Shown here: piece after piece, positions 10,101-19,114 of the stretch
Layout of the letters: the number at the start of each line of letters is the position of its first letter
How positions within the stretch are numbered: the stretch's first letter is position 1
Origin: a virus
Virus record (IMG/VR): IMGVR_UViG_3300023184_000039
Span: 1 to 64,000 of that record
Strand: one strand, 5' to 3'
Length of the DNA: 64,000 nucleotides
Program-made: the position numbers and the translations under genes
The notes under the pieces: model-generated
The model's input: the letters and a program-made list of their open reading frames with translations, nothing else
Told to the model about the DNA's origin: nothing
Databases searched by the model: none

Positions 10101-10871
10101 TACCTCGTAAGTTGATGTCTGCCAACCAGTTGAACCGTACGAGTTCGTTGAATAGTCACCAGTCCCAGGGTTAGTAAAACCAAGAAGCGCATAAGACTGG
10201 ACAAAGTTGTTAACTGTTATTACTGGATTTCCAGTCACGGTTACTGGGACTAAAGAAGTGATTGAGCCGTCGTTGTAAGGGATGTAGTCGGTTGCCATGT
10301 AGTTCCATGACATTGTGTAAGTAACTCCAGCGGTTAATTGAACTTCACGAGTAATCCACGCGGCATCAGTTGGGGTTCCACTGCCATAACCAGAAGCGCT
10401 CGCTTGACCAGAAAGCATTGTTGTAATTGCAGATGTTTGAGTTCCAGAAAGACCTAATGCAGCAGTTGCTTGGCTAAACGTTTGCTGACTTTTGGGTTGT
10501 AGGGCAACAGCATAAGTTCCGCCCTTTGGCGATAATGTCCAAGTACCAGAGGCAACAGCAGGTGCATAGTATGGATTGGGTTGACCATTGATGGTTGGGC
10601 TACCCATTGAGCCATGAGACCCATGACTAAACAGTCTTGAGCCATTAAAAACGGTTACACCAGTTCCGTTGCCATTGATTGAAGCACCAAGGTTCCCTGT
10701 TTGTGTCCCTATTGACCAACCAGTAAAGGAATTATCCTCAAACCCCGCCCCAGGTATGGTCGTGGCGGACACCGAAGTCGAAAAACCAAATATTGAGAAA
10801 AGCAAGAAAAATACCGAGGGCACAGCCATGATGGCTGCGGGTTTATTGATTCGGCGACGCCGTACGAACAT
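7134..10871 (-). CDS. Giant secreted, C-terminally membrane-anchored surface protein (beta-helix, Thr-rich linkers, acidic helical repeats)
   Basis: GGAGG RBS before ATG 10871; basic n-region plus hydrophobic signal peptide; GTLRWAITQAN beta-helix cap; poly-Thr linkers; ~16-17 aa acidic repeats; two C-terminal TM helices. Confidence 0.8.
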   Translation of the reverse strand: MFVRRRRINKPAAIMAVPSVFFLLFSIFGFSTSVSATTIPGAGFEDNSFTGWSIGTQTGNLGASINGNGTGVTVFNGSRLFSHGSHGSMGSPTINGQPNPYYAPAVASGTWTLSPKGGTYAVALQPKSQQTFSQATAALGLSGTQTSAITTMLSGQASASGYGSGTPTDAAWITREVQLTAGVTYTMSWNYMATDYIPYNDGSITSLVPVTVTGNPVITVNNFVQSYALLGFTNPGTGDYSTNSYGSTGWQTSTYEVSITGTYKMGFVAFNLDDTALSPVLMVDDEIGTTLSCNQAGGSCVTFGGVEPNNETAPTVAPTTTAATTTTTSTSTTTSTTTTTTIPPAPTSLVVTSLDDTTSSGTLRWAITQANANSGGMYDSITFDVNGIIVLTSALPQISQSVTITGNGRTNTIIDGNNAYRIFYVQSGKTLTVSDMTLKQGQATNGGLIYNSQGTVSATNIRFTGMNGGSAVWNNNGGSTATYTNCTFDYLNNGIAGDYGSTPQLAAGTTTWASEPDSVFGNKTYVNNCIFDHNGAGIYNYRFTKVVDSTFTYNSYAANITGLNRTQILNSTFDHNSIAIYHNASIPTTFNMGSDNRLINGNTFTNNSMAIYLDDGYNNGHKDPKWATVTNNSFDENGTWITYYLWNGTSNVGGNVGFNQETTLFTQSANVSVAPTTTTTTTTTTSTTIPGSTTTSSTTTTSSSTTVPETITTITTIPAVIVVPVLPETDSTMPEVTIPATTETLPVEITTPETLPETSETTEPPAVEEVIPVDTSIPDFIVGEPISNKELDKVLDDAFTPDASAEDVTAVLDSVLGADITDKQLGKILDAVFTEDVSPEVFTAALTTMLGADLSDAELTKVLDAAFSDTASPDAMVSALGTILNGPASASDIAKVMDAVFDKDISVADAGAVLGDLLSGDLSGENLSAVFNSVFDGDLSAADTVALAGEVLAEPLSTEEFSTVINAIFDEKVSDEILVGTFSAVLDTPLTAEKFAEVVNVLENASITSDQVAQVVDLIIGKDDGVESSQATELATSAKVLESIDAEQATAVFNAIVVSEVSAESGAAISEALADAPVGVKESFEEEINVFAGVFDTYMPLGSTLNVGTRRSVIAVNLVTSTVAIASAAGAIPTPGSSPSGPRQDVAARKEEEEEAEEGGAIEGEGPEWIKRISIYKYENGVRIMDWKKFATKFVYGIMASGFTLAGATVMYFTLSGLTQKVALWGTVLAFTASMYLHMKEPDEG

Positions 10872-10894
10872 GGAACCTCCTAACAGGACCTCTA

Positions 10895-10903
10895 ATTCTA
10901 GCA
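10895..10903 (-). promoter_or_regulatory. Putative extended -10 promoter (TGcTAGAAT)
   Basis: In the AT-rich divergent intergenic region, about 25 nt upstream of the surface-protein start. Confidence 0.45.
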
Positions 10904-11009
10904 TTTTTTAAAATTAATATAAAACAAAATGCTTAATCCCTTGGTGTGTTTCCATATCAAGTTACTTATGTGGGATACTATTTACGGTTAAGGGATTCAA
11001 GGAGACTCA

Positions 11010-12284
11010 ATGGCTGGCGCTGGCATCCGATTATTTACCGCGGGAGAAATCCTCACTGCGGATTTGGTCAATACATACCTCATGGACCAAGTTGTGCCTC
11101 GTTTTGCCTCGACCACAACTAGAAATGCATCTTTTGGTGGTGCTGGTCAACCAACACTTGGTGCCAGTGATGAGGGAAGACTTTGTTATCTTGACTCAAC
11201 AAACGAACTTCAATATTGGAACGGTAGTACATGGGTGTCAATTGGCGACCAAGCAGTAATCGGAATCATTGCAGCAAAAGGTGATTTGATAGTTGGCACG
11301 ACAGCAAACACCATTACAAATTTAAGTGTTGGTGCCAATGGAAAAGTTCTTACAGCAGATAGCGGTACGGGAACTGGTTTGGCATGGAGTTCTCCAACGG
11401 TTGATGATTTGGCTATTACAAGTGCAAAAATAGCCAACCTCACCATTGTTGACGGGAACATCTCTGCCTCAGCCGCCATCTCTCTTTCCAAGCTTGCCAC
11501 TGGAGCCCTGCCAACCGCAATCACGGTCACGTCGGCAAACATATCCGACCTATCTATTGTCAACGCCGACGTCAGTACTTCGGCTGCGATTGCGTACAGC
11601 AAGTTAAACCTAGGCACATCTATTGTTAATGCAGATATTGCAACTGGTGCCGCAATTGCCGCCTCAAAGATTTCTGGAACAGCGATAACCGCTGCCGACA
11701 CCGGCACTGTAACGAGCACAATGATTGCCGACGGAACCATCGTCAATGCTGATGTAAGCGCTTCTGCTGCGATTGCGCACACTAAATTAGCCGCTGCAAC
11801 TGCTGGTCAGGTGCTTTTGGGGACCACAACTACGGGAGTTGTCACCGCAACAACAGTTTCTGGCGATGTAACAATTACCGGCGCTGGGGTTACGGCAATT
11901 AGTTCTGGAGTGATTGTTGATGCCGATGTCAGTGCAACTGCGGCCATTAGCAGAGGCAAAATTGCCGATATGTCAATTGACACCAAGACAGGAAACTACA
12001 CGCTTGTCCTAACCGACGCCAACAAGTTGATAGAAATGAACCTTACAAGTACAGCGAATACTGTATCTGTACCAACAAATGCATCAGTGGCTTTTCCAAT
12101 CGGAACCCAAATCAACATCACCCAGTATGGAACTGGAAAAACTCAAATAGTTGCCGTAACATCTGGAACGACAAGCATTAGGTCAACACCAGGTTCCTAC
12201 CTACGTGACCGGTACTCATCGGCCACCCTTATCAAAAGGGCTACAGATGAGTGGTATCTGATTGGTGATTTGAGTGCATCGTGA
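11010..12284 (+). CDS. Tail fibre protein (module A)
   Basis: AAKGDLIVGT fibre motif; repeated IVNADVS.SAAIA.SKL units; C-terminal YTLVLTD...W.LIGDLS domain shared with 29245..31737. Confidence 0.8.
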   Translation: MAGAGIRLFTAGEILTADLVNTYLMDQVVPRFASTTTRNASFGGAGQPTLGASDEGRLCYLDSTNELQYWNGSTWVSIGDQAVIGIIAAKGDLIVGTTANTITNLSVGANGKVLTADSGTGTGLAWSSPTVDDLAITSAKIANLTIVDGNISASAAISLSKLATGALPTAITVTSANISDLSIVNADVSTSAAIAYSKLNLGTSIVNADIATGAAIAASKISGTAITAADTGTVTSTMIADGTIVNADVSASAAIAHTKLAAATAGQVLLGTTTTGVVTATTVSGDVTITGAGVTAISSGVIVDADVSATAAISRGKIADMSIDTKTGNYTLVLTDANKLIEMNLTSTANTVSVPTNASVAFPIGTQINITQYGTGKTQIVAVTSGTTSIRSTPGSYLRDRYSSATLIKRATDEWYLIGDLSAS

Positions 12285-12835
12285 TTCCTGGCAATACTTC
12301 TAGTCAGGGAAAGTTTGTCACTGAGCCGACATCTGTTTCGGCTAGTTCTGGTAATGGTGAAGCAACGGTCTCGTTTACATTGCCAACTCGCGTAGGCAAA
12401 GGTACTGCAACTTATTTGGTAACAGCATCGCCCGGCGGTGCTACTGCTAGTGGGGCTAGTTCACCAATAACCATTACTGGTTTAAGCAATGGGACCGCAT
12501 ATACATTTACGGTCACTACGGTTAGTAACTACGGAGTAACCAAGGTTTCCAGTGCTTCAAGTAGTGTTACTCCAGTTGCGCCACCATTCTTCCCACCATT
12601 CTTCCCACCATTCTTCCCACCATTCTTCCCACCACACTTCCCACCAGTATTTGACCCATGCGCTGGGTATACATGCGTTTCATGGCCAGCGGCTGGAATG
12701 TATTTGTACTCTTTTGTTGATTATTCTGGCAACTCAGTGGCCCAAGGTTGTTTCTTTGGTGGAAATTGGAATGCATTTGGCGATGCAAATTGCGGCTGCC
12801 CAGCCACCTATGCGCAGTTTGTATCCTGTGTATAA
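12281..12835 (+). CDS. Fn3-domain protein with (PPxF)6 tract and Cys-rich C-terminal domain (candidate fibre-tip adhesin)
   Basis: GTGA-coupled to the fibre gene; Fn3 (SPITITGLSNGTAYTFTV); PPFF x4, PPHF, PPVF; then a ~60 aa domain with 6 Cys. Confidence 0.8.
   Translation: MIPGNTSSQGKFVTEPTSVSASSGNGEATVSFTLPTRVGKGTATYLVTASPGGATASGASSPITITGLSNGTAYTFTVTTVSNYGVTKVSSASSSVTPVAPPFFPPFFPPFFPPFFPPHFPPVFDPCAGYTCVSWPAAGMYLYSFVDYSGNSVAQGCFFGGNWNAFGDANCGCPATYAQFVSCV
12581..12652 (+). repeat. 12-bp tandem repeat CCACCATTCTTC (4 exact plus 2 variant units)
   Basis: Read directly; encodes PPFF/PPHF/PPVF. Confidence 0.95.
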
Positions 12836-12888
12836 CTAGCTGTTAGTGTGCAAACCACGATTACAAACCGAATCAAAAGGATAAAACA

Positions 12889-13116
12889 ATGAGCGAAGCA
12901 ACAGGAACACCATTAACAGAAATGCCAGATTTAACTGGATTCCCAACATTTATTTTTGTCATAGATGGCGAAATTGCCGACGTACAAGTTTTACGTCCAA
13001 CCGATGAACGAAGGGTGGCTGTTCTTTCATCAAGTCCACAGGTTTATGTGCTTGATGGAGGTTTCCCAGCAGATGGAGTTCCGCCGCGAATAGGGTCGCA
13101 CTGGCCGTTGGTCTAA
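12889..13116 (+). CDS. Hypothetical protein
   Basis: RBS AAGGA; FIFVIDGEIA...AVLSSSP; follows the adhesin-like gene. Confidence 0.7.
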   Translation: MSEATGTPLTEMPDLTGFPTFIFVIDGEIADVQVLRPTDERRVAVLSSSPQVYVLDGGFPADGVPPRIGSHWPLV

Positions 13117-13125
13117 GATACCGTC

Positions 13126-13356
13126 ATGGCAAATCCATGGCAGGAGTATAAAAAAAAACTCGGTGACACACGCCCATGGGATATGATAAATCCCAACATA
13201 GAACATGCCTTAGCAGATGAAGCAACAAGACGAATGTCTATTTGTGAGGAGTGTCCAAGTCTTCTGAAATTGACACATCAATGCAAAGAGTGTGGATGTT
13301 TTATGAAACTAAAAGTCAAACTTGCCAATGCAAAATGCCCACTTGGAAAATGGTAA
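13126..13356 (+). CDS. Small zinc-finger protein (DUF6171-like)
   Basis: RMSICEEC...QCKECGCFM.LK.KL.NAKCPLGKW. Confidence 0.75.
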   Translation: MANPWQEYKKKLGDTRPWDMINPNIEHALADEATRRMSICEECPSLLKLTHQCKECGCFMKLKVKLANAKCPLGKW

Positions 13357-13428
13357 GGTTGAGGAAACTGATAGAAAATTCACCAGCTGTGGGTGGATAA
13401 GTATTTGGATGGCAATGATGACCATCAA

Positions 13429-14163
13429 CTATCTTTTGTTGCTAAAGCTAAGATACCCAGCTTTGAATCCACCCCCATACTCCTCTCGACCTTCTGTCAC
13501 GTTTGTGTAGTGTCCTATGACTGCTCGCCTTTCCACCCCACCTACCTGAGGGTGTGCCATATGAAACAACCTTCCATCCCAGTAGAGAACATCACCTTTT
13601 TTGGCATCAAACATAAGAGGGACTAGTTCTTTTGATTTTACTTTTTTGTCAATGTATGTTTTGAGAAATTCAAATAACTTCGTGTCATAGTTGATTCCAT
13701 CCGATTCGGAATTAATAAATTCCTTGATTTCTGGTTCTGATTGAACATCAAGATTGTGGGAACCAGGAATGTATGAGAACAACCCAGAATCAATTTTAAT
13801 ATCCTCTAAAGCCACCCATGCCCCCACACATCTAAAAGTAAGTTTTTCACCGTTGCGAAGCTCTGGGGCCATGTCGTAGTGCCAACTGACACCGTCTTGA
13901 TTCCAGGATATGAAAGATGCATGTATTGCTGGTGGTGAGTCAATCAATTCCAATATGTCTTGACAGATTTCGTCACATAATAATATTTCCAGAATTTCAT
14001 CTGCCTGTTTCCACACTTGGTCGCTATACCCATGCGCATGTTCAAGCAGGGATGCATCAAAAAACGACTGGTGATTGGCTAGGTGCCAATCTATATATTT
14101 ATTGATTTTATCGGCAGATATTCGCGCCTTTTTTATAACAAAACCATCTTCCGAAAAGCCCAT
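13429..14163 (-). CDS. PhyH-family Fe(II)/2OG dioxygenase
   Basis: WHYD, VGAWVALEDI, YIPGSH, KKGDVLYWDGRLFH, distal R. Confidence 0.9.
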   Translation of the reverse strand: MGFSEDGFVIKKARISADKINKYIDWHLANHQSFFDASLLEHAHGYSDQVWKQADEILEILLCDEICQDILELIDSPPAIHASFISWNQDGVSWHYDMAPELRNGEKLTFRCVGAWVALEDIKIDSGLFSYIPGSHNLDVQSEPEIKEFINSESDGINYDTKLFEFLKTYIDKKVKSKELVPLMFDAKKGDVLYWDGRLFHMAHPQVGGVERRAVIGHYTNVTEGREEYGGGFKAGYLSFSNKR

Positions 14164-14281
14164 AGGGATGCATTGTATATCACCAATATCCAGTTACTGG
14201 GCAAGTGCGATAATCCCATTGAACAAAAATGCACATACCGAGCGTTCACCCAACAAGCGGCAAATCATATATGCTGGAAAT

Positions 14282-15214
14282 ATGCTTAATCCTAGAGATA
14301 TCACCGAAACCGAAAAAATTGTAGTTGAAAAATATTCCAATCAGTTCCCAACTGCTATTTTTTTGGGATGGATTTTGGGGTTGTTCGCCTACGTTGGTTC
14401 AGTATTATCCTGCTTGTTTTTGAATTTTACAATCACTGGTGGGGTAATTGTTGCAATTCTTTCATCATTTCTCATGTTTCCATGTATGCATGGAGCCGCA
14501 CATGGGCATTTCAGAGGGAGGGATGGCAAGCACAAAATGCTTAACAATATCGTTGGGCATAGCGCAGCAAACACTGCACAATTTTCTTTTACGCAATATA
14601 AAAATCTACACATGGACCATCATAAATATACGAACATAAAGGGTTCCGACCCAGATTATGTTCAACTCAAAAGTTATTGGTCCCTTTTTGTGTATACGGT
14701 TTCTTCTTATGTCATCCAGGTATTGCTTGCAATTCCTGTAATTAATAAAATGGTAATGAAGAAAATACCAAGGTTTGCTCGTGAGAGAATCAAAAAATAT
14801 ACAACGAGTTTTTCTGTATGGCAAGTCCGAGTAACCTACATGGCTTTTCTTGCTTCCATCTATGCTGGGTATGGAAAATACATTTTTTGGCTATGGCTAT
14901 TTCCACATTTTATTAATAGGACGAGACTTATTATTCTATTTATGTGGTTGCCACATAGACATGGAGAAACTTCTGCTTTTAGGGATACAAGAATACAAAT
15001 AACTCCAATTTTGGGAAATGCAAAATATCATAGACTATGGAAAGCAACTCTATTTGCTAGAGAAATGGACTACCACTTAGTGCATCATCTATACCCCTCA
15101 ATAATACTTCCAAACCTAGAAAAAGCCTTTATAGAGTTGAGTGATATACTCATGGATAACCAAAGTATAATAGTCAAACGATTCACAGGAGCACCATGGC
15201 ATTCCATAAAATGA
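14282..15214 (+). CDS. Membrane di-iron fatty-acid desaturase / CrtR-like hydroxylase
   Basis: His boxes HGAAH, HMDHH and HLVHH; WLPH; TM segments. Start reassigned to ATG 14282 to avoid overlap with the opposite-strand gene. Confidence 0.85.
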   Translation: MLNPRDITETEKIVVEKYSNQFPTAIFLGWILGLFAYVGSVLSCLFLNFTITGGVIVAILSSFLMFPCMHGAAHGHFRGRDGKHKMLNNIVGHSAANTAQFSFTQYKNLHMDHHKYTNIKGSDPDYVQLKSYWSLFVYTVSSYVIQVLLAIPVINKMVMKKIPRFARERIKKYTTSFSVWQVRVTYMAFLASIYAGYGKYIFWLWLFPHFINRTRLIILFMWLPHRHGETSAFRDTRIQITPILGNAKYHRLWKATLFAREMDYHLVHHLYPSIILPNLEKAFIELSDILMDNQSIIVKRFTGAPWHSIK

Positions 15215-16119
15215 CAGAAGAAGAAGTTGGCATAGTTTCAAAGAATATTCCAAATTTTTCGTGGTTTTTGGCCACCACTGGTTTTGGTTTTATTATTGTT
15301 TTCATTGCCTCAACAATAATGACATTCTCTGGTGCCATTCCATTGTGGCTTGGCACACTTCTAAACCTATTGAGTTTTTATTCATTATTTGACACCCTCC
15401 ATGATTGCATGCATGGTCAAGTGCATGGAAAACACAAAAAACTTAAATGGATGAACAAGGCAATCGGGGTTCCTGCTGGTCTTATAGTGCAACAAGATTT
15501 TTACGGTTGGACACAGCAACACATGGCTCACCATAAATCCACAAATGTGAAGGGTTATGACCCAAACTGGAGCAATAACACTAGTGCTTTGGCGATGTGG
15601 AAGCAGACAATAATTGGATATGTGGTAATGCATATTTACTCAATACCTTTTATTGGGAAAAAAATATGTACGAAAATGTTTACACCACGTCAGTATCTAT
15701 ATTTTGTAAAAGTTTTTCCTCAACAATGGGCAATTCAGATTGTAATCAACTGGTCACTATTTTTTACTTTGGTGTTTATGGGATATGGTAAGTACACTTT
15801 TTGGTTATGGATGTTCCCTTCTTTTGTAAATAGGATTAGAATACATTATCTTTTTGTTTGGACTCCGCATAAAAATAACAAAAATACAGAATCGTACATT
15901 GATACAGCCATACACATAAGACCATTGGGAATTGACAGGATTTACTTTAGACAAGTTCTTGATTACCACCTAATACATCACCTATATCCATTGGTTCCAA
16001 GCAACAGACTCAGAAGGGTTTACAAGGATACGGAGCACATCCTAAGAAGAAATGGAACAGAATTCATTTACGGATGGGGTTGGAAAAATAAAACCGGATT
16101 AATCACCCGAAAAAAGTAA
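15196..16119 (+). CDS. Second membrane di-iron desaturase / CrtR-like hydroxylase
   Basis: HDCMH, HMAHH, WTPH, YHLIHHLYP; tandem paralogue of the upstream gene. Confidence 0.85.
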   Translation: MAFHKMTEEEVGIVSKNIPNFSWFLATTGFGFIIVFIASTIMTFSGAIPLWLGTLLNLLSFYSLFDTLHDCMHGQVHGKHKKLKWMNKAIGVPAGLIVQQDFYGWTQQHMAHHKSTNVKGYDPNWSNNTSALAMWKQTIIGYVVMHIYSIPFIGKKICTKMFTPRQYLYFVKVFPQQWAIQIVINWSLFFTLVFMGYGKYTFWLWMFPSFVNRIRIHYLFVWTPHKNNKNTESYIDTAIHIRPLGIDRIYFRQVLDYHLIHHLYPLVPSNRLRRVYKDTEHILRRNGTEFIYGWGWKNKTGLITRKK

Positions 16120-16128
16120 CCAGCCTAT

Positions 16129-17139
16129 ATGAGTAGGAATAGATATACAGCCACCACCCCGGTAATTAATGAAAAAACGATGCTGGAAATATCCAAGTAT
16201 GAAGTAATCAAACTGGGTGGGGGTGTACTTTGTTTTCGGGGTGCTGTAGATATTGACCAAGACATCGTGCTTCCGTGGATTGATAAGAATGCACAGAAAG
16301 CCCACGAAGGAAGATGGCGTTGGTTTACTGATGAAGATGGAAATAAGTATGCCTTAAACGAGGATGACAATAAATTTACATCAGAACAAATTGACGAAGT
16401 TCCAGTAAGAGTTCTTCAGCCAGTCGTCAACGACACAGAAGAACACATGGAAGTTATGTTTAGGGGTTGGGAAGACTCCATATACAAGTGCCTGATTCGA
16501 TACACGCAAGAGTATGCAATGGTGCTGGGAACAATTTGGTGGAGACAACGCGGTCATATACTTAGGTATGACAAGGGTGACTTACTCGGAATCCACAACG
16601 ACAATGACTCCAACTATCGTTCAACTGGAGGAGAAAGATTTATCCCACAAGGGCAGATGCAAATGAGACAGACGGTTGCCGCAATGCTTTACCTCAACGA
16701 TTGCATGGAGTCACCAGAACTTGTTACTGACAGAACATACTCTGGCGGTCAATTATTTTTTCCGTATTTAGATATTGAGCATCAGGCAAAAACTGGGGAC
16801 ATTTTAATATTCCCAACAAACTTTATTGCAACGCACGGAGTTCGACCCGTAACCGCAGGTGAGCGATACGGTTATCTGGAATTTTTTTCACAGGGTAGCC
16901 CTGACCCAGGGCACTACGTTGAAGTGTATGAACCAGACAAGGTTCCTAGTTGGTGTCCGGCGCACTGGCTGGATAATTACTTTGATGATTTTGCTAAATA
17001 CTCATATTGGAGTGCAAAAAATATGCCAACACCAAAAAACGAAAAAGTGGACAATCTGAATCCAGTTCTTCAAAATCGCTCCCTTGAAGGGAAAAACGGA
17101 TTAGCCAAACCCTACAAACACGCTCGGCCTGCTAGTTAA
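16129..17139 (+). CDS. Prolyl-4-hydroxylase-type Fe(II)/2OG dioxygenase
   Basis: HND, LYLND, GG.LFFP, GDILIFP, HGVRPVTAGERY. Confidence 0.9.
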   Translation: MSRNRYTATTPVINEKTMLEISKYEVIKLGGGVLCFRGAVDIDQDIVLPWIDKNAQKAHEGRWRWFTDEDGNKYALNEDDNKFTSEQIDEVPVRVLQPVVNDTEEHMEVMFRGWEDSIYKCLIRYTQEYAMVLGTIWWRQRGHILRYDKGDLLGIHNDNDSNYRSTGGERFIPQGQMQMRQTVAAMLYLNDCMESPELVTDRTYSGGQLFFPYLDIEHQAKTGDILIFPTNFIATHGVRPVTAGERYGYLEFFSQGSPDPGHYVEVYEPDKVPSWCPAHWLDNYFDDFAKYSYWSAKNMPTPKNEKVDNLNPVLQNRSLEGKNGLAKPYKHARPAS

Positions 17140-17756
17140 TCTAGGGTGTAAAAGTTCGTAACAGCATATTTTTCCCCATCAATCACGGGTGCCGCGGCAT
17201 GCCACTGAAGGGCATCAAAGAAAATAATTGTTCCAGCCTGGGGTTTTATGGACATGATGTCAGGGCTGTATCCGTCTATCTTCTTTGAATAAAAACACAA
17301 TTCCCCACCCGTATAGTTGTCGTTTATATAAAAAACCGAAGATAAATGAACCACTGGAAGATTGTTTTTTTTCACCCAATCGGTAATTGACCAATCTTGA
17401 TGGGCTGGAAGGCATTGCCCATTCTTGTACCTAGCAACACCGCCACCTTGCAGACCTATCATTTTACGGTCATATGTATCAAAAATAAGTTGCTTGCACA
17501 TTATGTTGATTGTTGAAATAATCGCATTAATTTCACCCGACAAATGACTGACCCTGTGAGTACGTAGGACTCCATTTGGTACTGGTGTCATGCCCATTTC
17601 GGCCACCTGTTCATCCGTTATTCCACCGCTTGGACTGAACTCATCAAAATTTCCATATGACGCATTTATGTAAAAGTCTGATTTTTTGAGATACTCGGTA
17701 ATTTTTACAAGGGTCTCACTATTAATAAAATTGGTTCTTATAACTGTGTCAAACAT
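17136..17756 (-). CDS. Prolyl-4-hydroxylase-type Fe(II)/2OG dioxygenase
   Basis: HQD, FYINDNYTGGEL, GTIIFF, HAAAPVIDGEKY. Confidence 0.9.
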   Translation of the reverse strand: MFDTVIRTNFINSETLVKITEYLKKSDFYINASYGNFDEFSPSGGITDEQVAEMGMTPVPNGVLRTHRVSHLSGEINAIISTINIMCKQLIFDTYDRKMIGLQGGGVARYKNGQCLPAHQDWSITDWVKKNNLPVVHLSSVFYINDNYTGGELCFYSKKIDGYSPDIMSIKPQAGTIIFFDALQWHAAAPVIDGEKYAVTNFYTLD

Positions 17757-18339
17757 CTAATCTTTTTCCGTAAAAATAGTTACGCGCAATCTGATGGTCA
17801 ACAACATTGCAGTCAATCCACCAGTCCTCATGTTGTTCTTTCCAAATTAATGTATACCCAAGTCCATCAAGTATTTCCCTTTGGGCATCTCTTGTTGACT
17901 CAAGTCTCCAGTACATATTTGCATCGTGCTCAAACACAATTACATTGAATCTGTACTGTGTTAGTGGAATAGATATAAGACCAAGTAGGGTTGAGTGAGG
18001 GGTGAGCGGCTTAATGTGCGTGTCGTATCCTGCATCAATATCAACTTGCAAATAGTCAATTTGCTTAGGGAAGTCATTCTCCTTGAAATATGATAAATAG
18101 TCAAAATCTAGGGCATCGCCAAAGCATGGGTTTGTTCGATTTGATTCAAATTCTTTTCGTTTTTCCTCAACAATCTCAAAAGAAACCCCACACCATTTAT
18201 AGTCCTTTTCAAGATGATAGGTATTACTACCAATCTTTGAGTCAAAGGCGCCAAGTTCTACATAGCAACCATTTTCTTTGTAGCCACTCATCTCAATTGC
18301 AAACTTTTCTTGACTACTCACCCCAAGATACTTATTCAT
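17749..18339 (-). CDS. FkbM-like SAM-dependent methyltransferase
   Basis: YVELGAFD...SNTYHLEK...W.GVSFE; IDYLQVDID; VIVFEH. Start reassigned to ATG 18339. Confidence 0.8.
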   Translation of the reverse strand: MNKYLGVSSQEKFAIEMSGYKENGCYVELGAFDSKIGSNTYHLEKDYKWCGVSFEIVEEKRKEFESNRTNPCFGDALDFDYLSYFKENDFPKQIDYLQVDIDAGYDTHIKPLTPHSTLLGLISIPLTQYRFNVIVFEHDANMYWRLESTRDAQREILDGLGYTLIWKEQHEDWWIDCNVVDHQIARNYFYGKRLDV

Positions 18340-18340
18340 A

Positions 18341-19114
18341 TCAATTGACAGTGACACTCTTTTGCAGTTGGTGACACTGGGACACGTCAATTCCAACATC
18401 TTTTCTAAATCCATCCACCCATTGGCGTTGGTTGTTTGTGCCATCCTCATTGGGTATGGCGACGGAATCACCATGGGTAAACCACCTAATAAACACCCAC
18501 CTATCTCCGTCCATCACTGGCGAAACTTCATGGCACCCAATGAAGGATGATGGATAAATAAGCATTGAACCATACTTTGGTTTTATTGTCAGACCCCACA
18601 TTCTGAATGCAACTTCACCACCTTCGTACTGGTCGTTTAAAAATAAAACAGATGTAAGCGTGTTTTTTATTGCGGCGAGTGATACTGGTTCAAGGGAGTC
18701 ACCCTGATAAGGAAGCGCCACATCGGAATGAGGGCCAATAGAATGTCCTGGAGAATATCTGAGCAAATGACCAGGTGTTCTGTTGGTTACACATGGGATT
18801 GCGGCTGGAAAAATTTTACAATATTCAAGTAGGCCAACATACGAACATTTATCAAACTCAGAAAACGGCCATTGGTTTTTGGAATTAACATTATACACGT
18901 ATGGCTTTGTGGGAATAATATCATTTTCAATTTCGTATCCACCTTTGTTTATTGATACATCCTTTTTTTCTCCTAGATTATTCAAACCCAAAGAGTAACC
19001 ATGTGGGAGTACCGAGTGACTAATAAAATTCAAAATAGACAAATATGTCCCTGGTTCACCATCCAGGATATCTTCAATGTAAATGATTCCGCCGCCAAGA
19101 TGTTCAGTATTCAC
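18341..19114 (-). CDS. Prolyl-4-hydroxylase-type Fe(II)/2OG dioxygenase
   Basis: HSD, FLNDQYEGGE, YPSSFIGCHEVSPVMDGDRW. Confidence 0.9.
   Translation of the reverse strand: MNTEHLGGGIIYIEDILDGEPGTYLSILNFISHSVLPHGYSLGLNNLGEKKDVSINKGGYEIENDIIPTKPYVYNVNSKNQWPFSEFDKCSYVGLLEYCKIFPAAIPCVTNRTPGHLLRYSPGHSIGPHSDVALPYQGDSLEPVSLAAIKNTLTSVLFLNDQYEGGEVAFRMWGLTIKPKYGSMLIYPSSFIGCHEVSPVMDGDRWVFIRWFTHGDSVAIPNEDGTNNQRQWVDGFRKDVGIDVSQCHQLQKSVTVN

Noticed and set aside
14075-14281. N-terminal extension of the first desaturase (likewise the ORF-track extensions of 17749..18474 and 33811..34416)
   Set aside because: The extensions overlap neighbouring genes and precede better-supported ATG starts.
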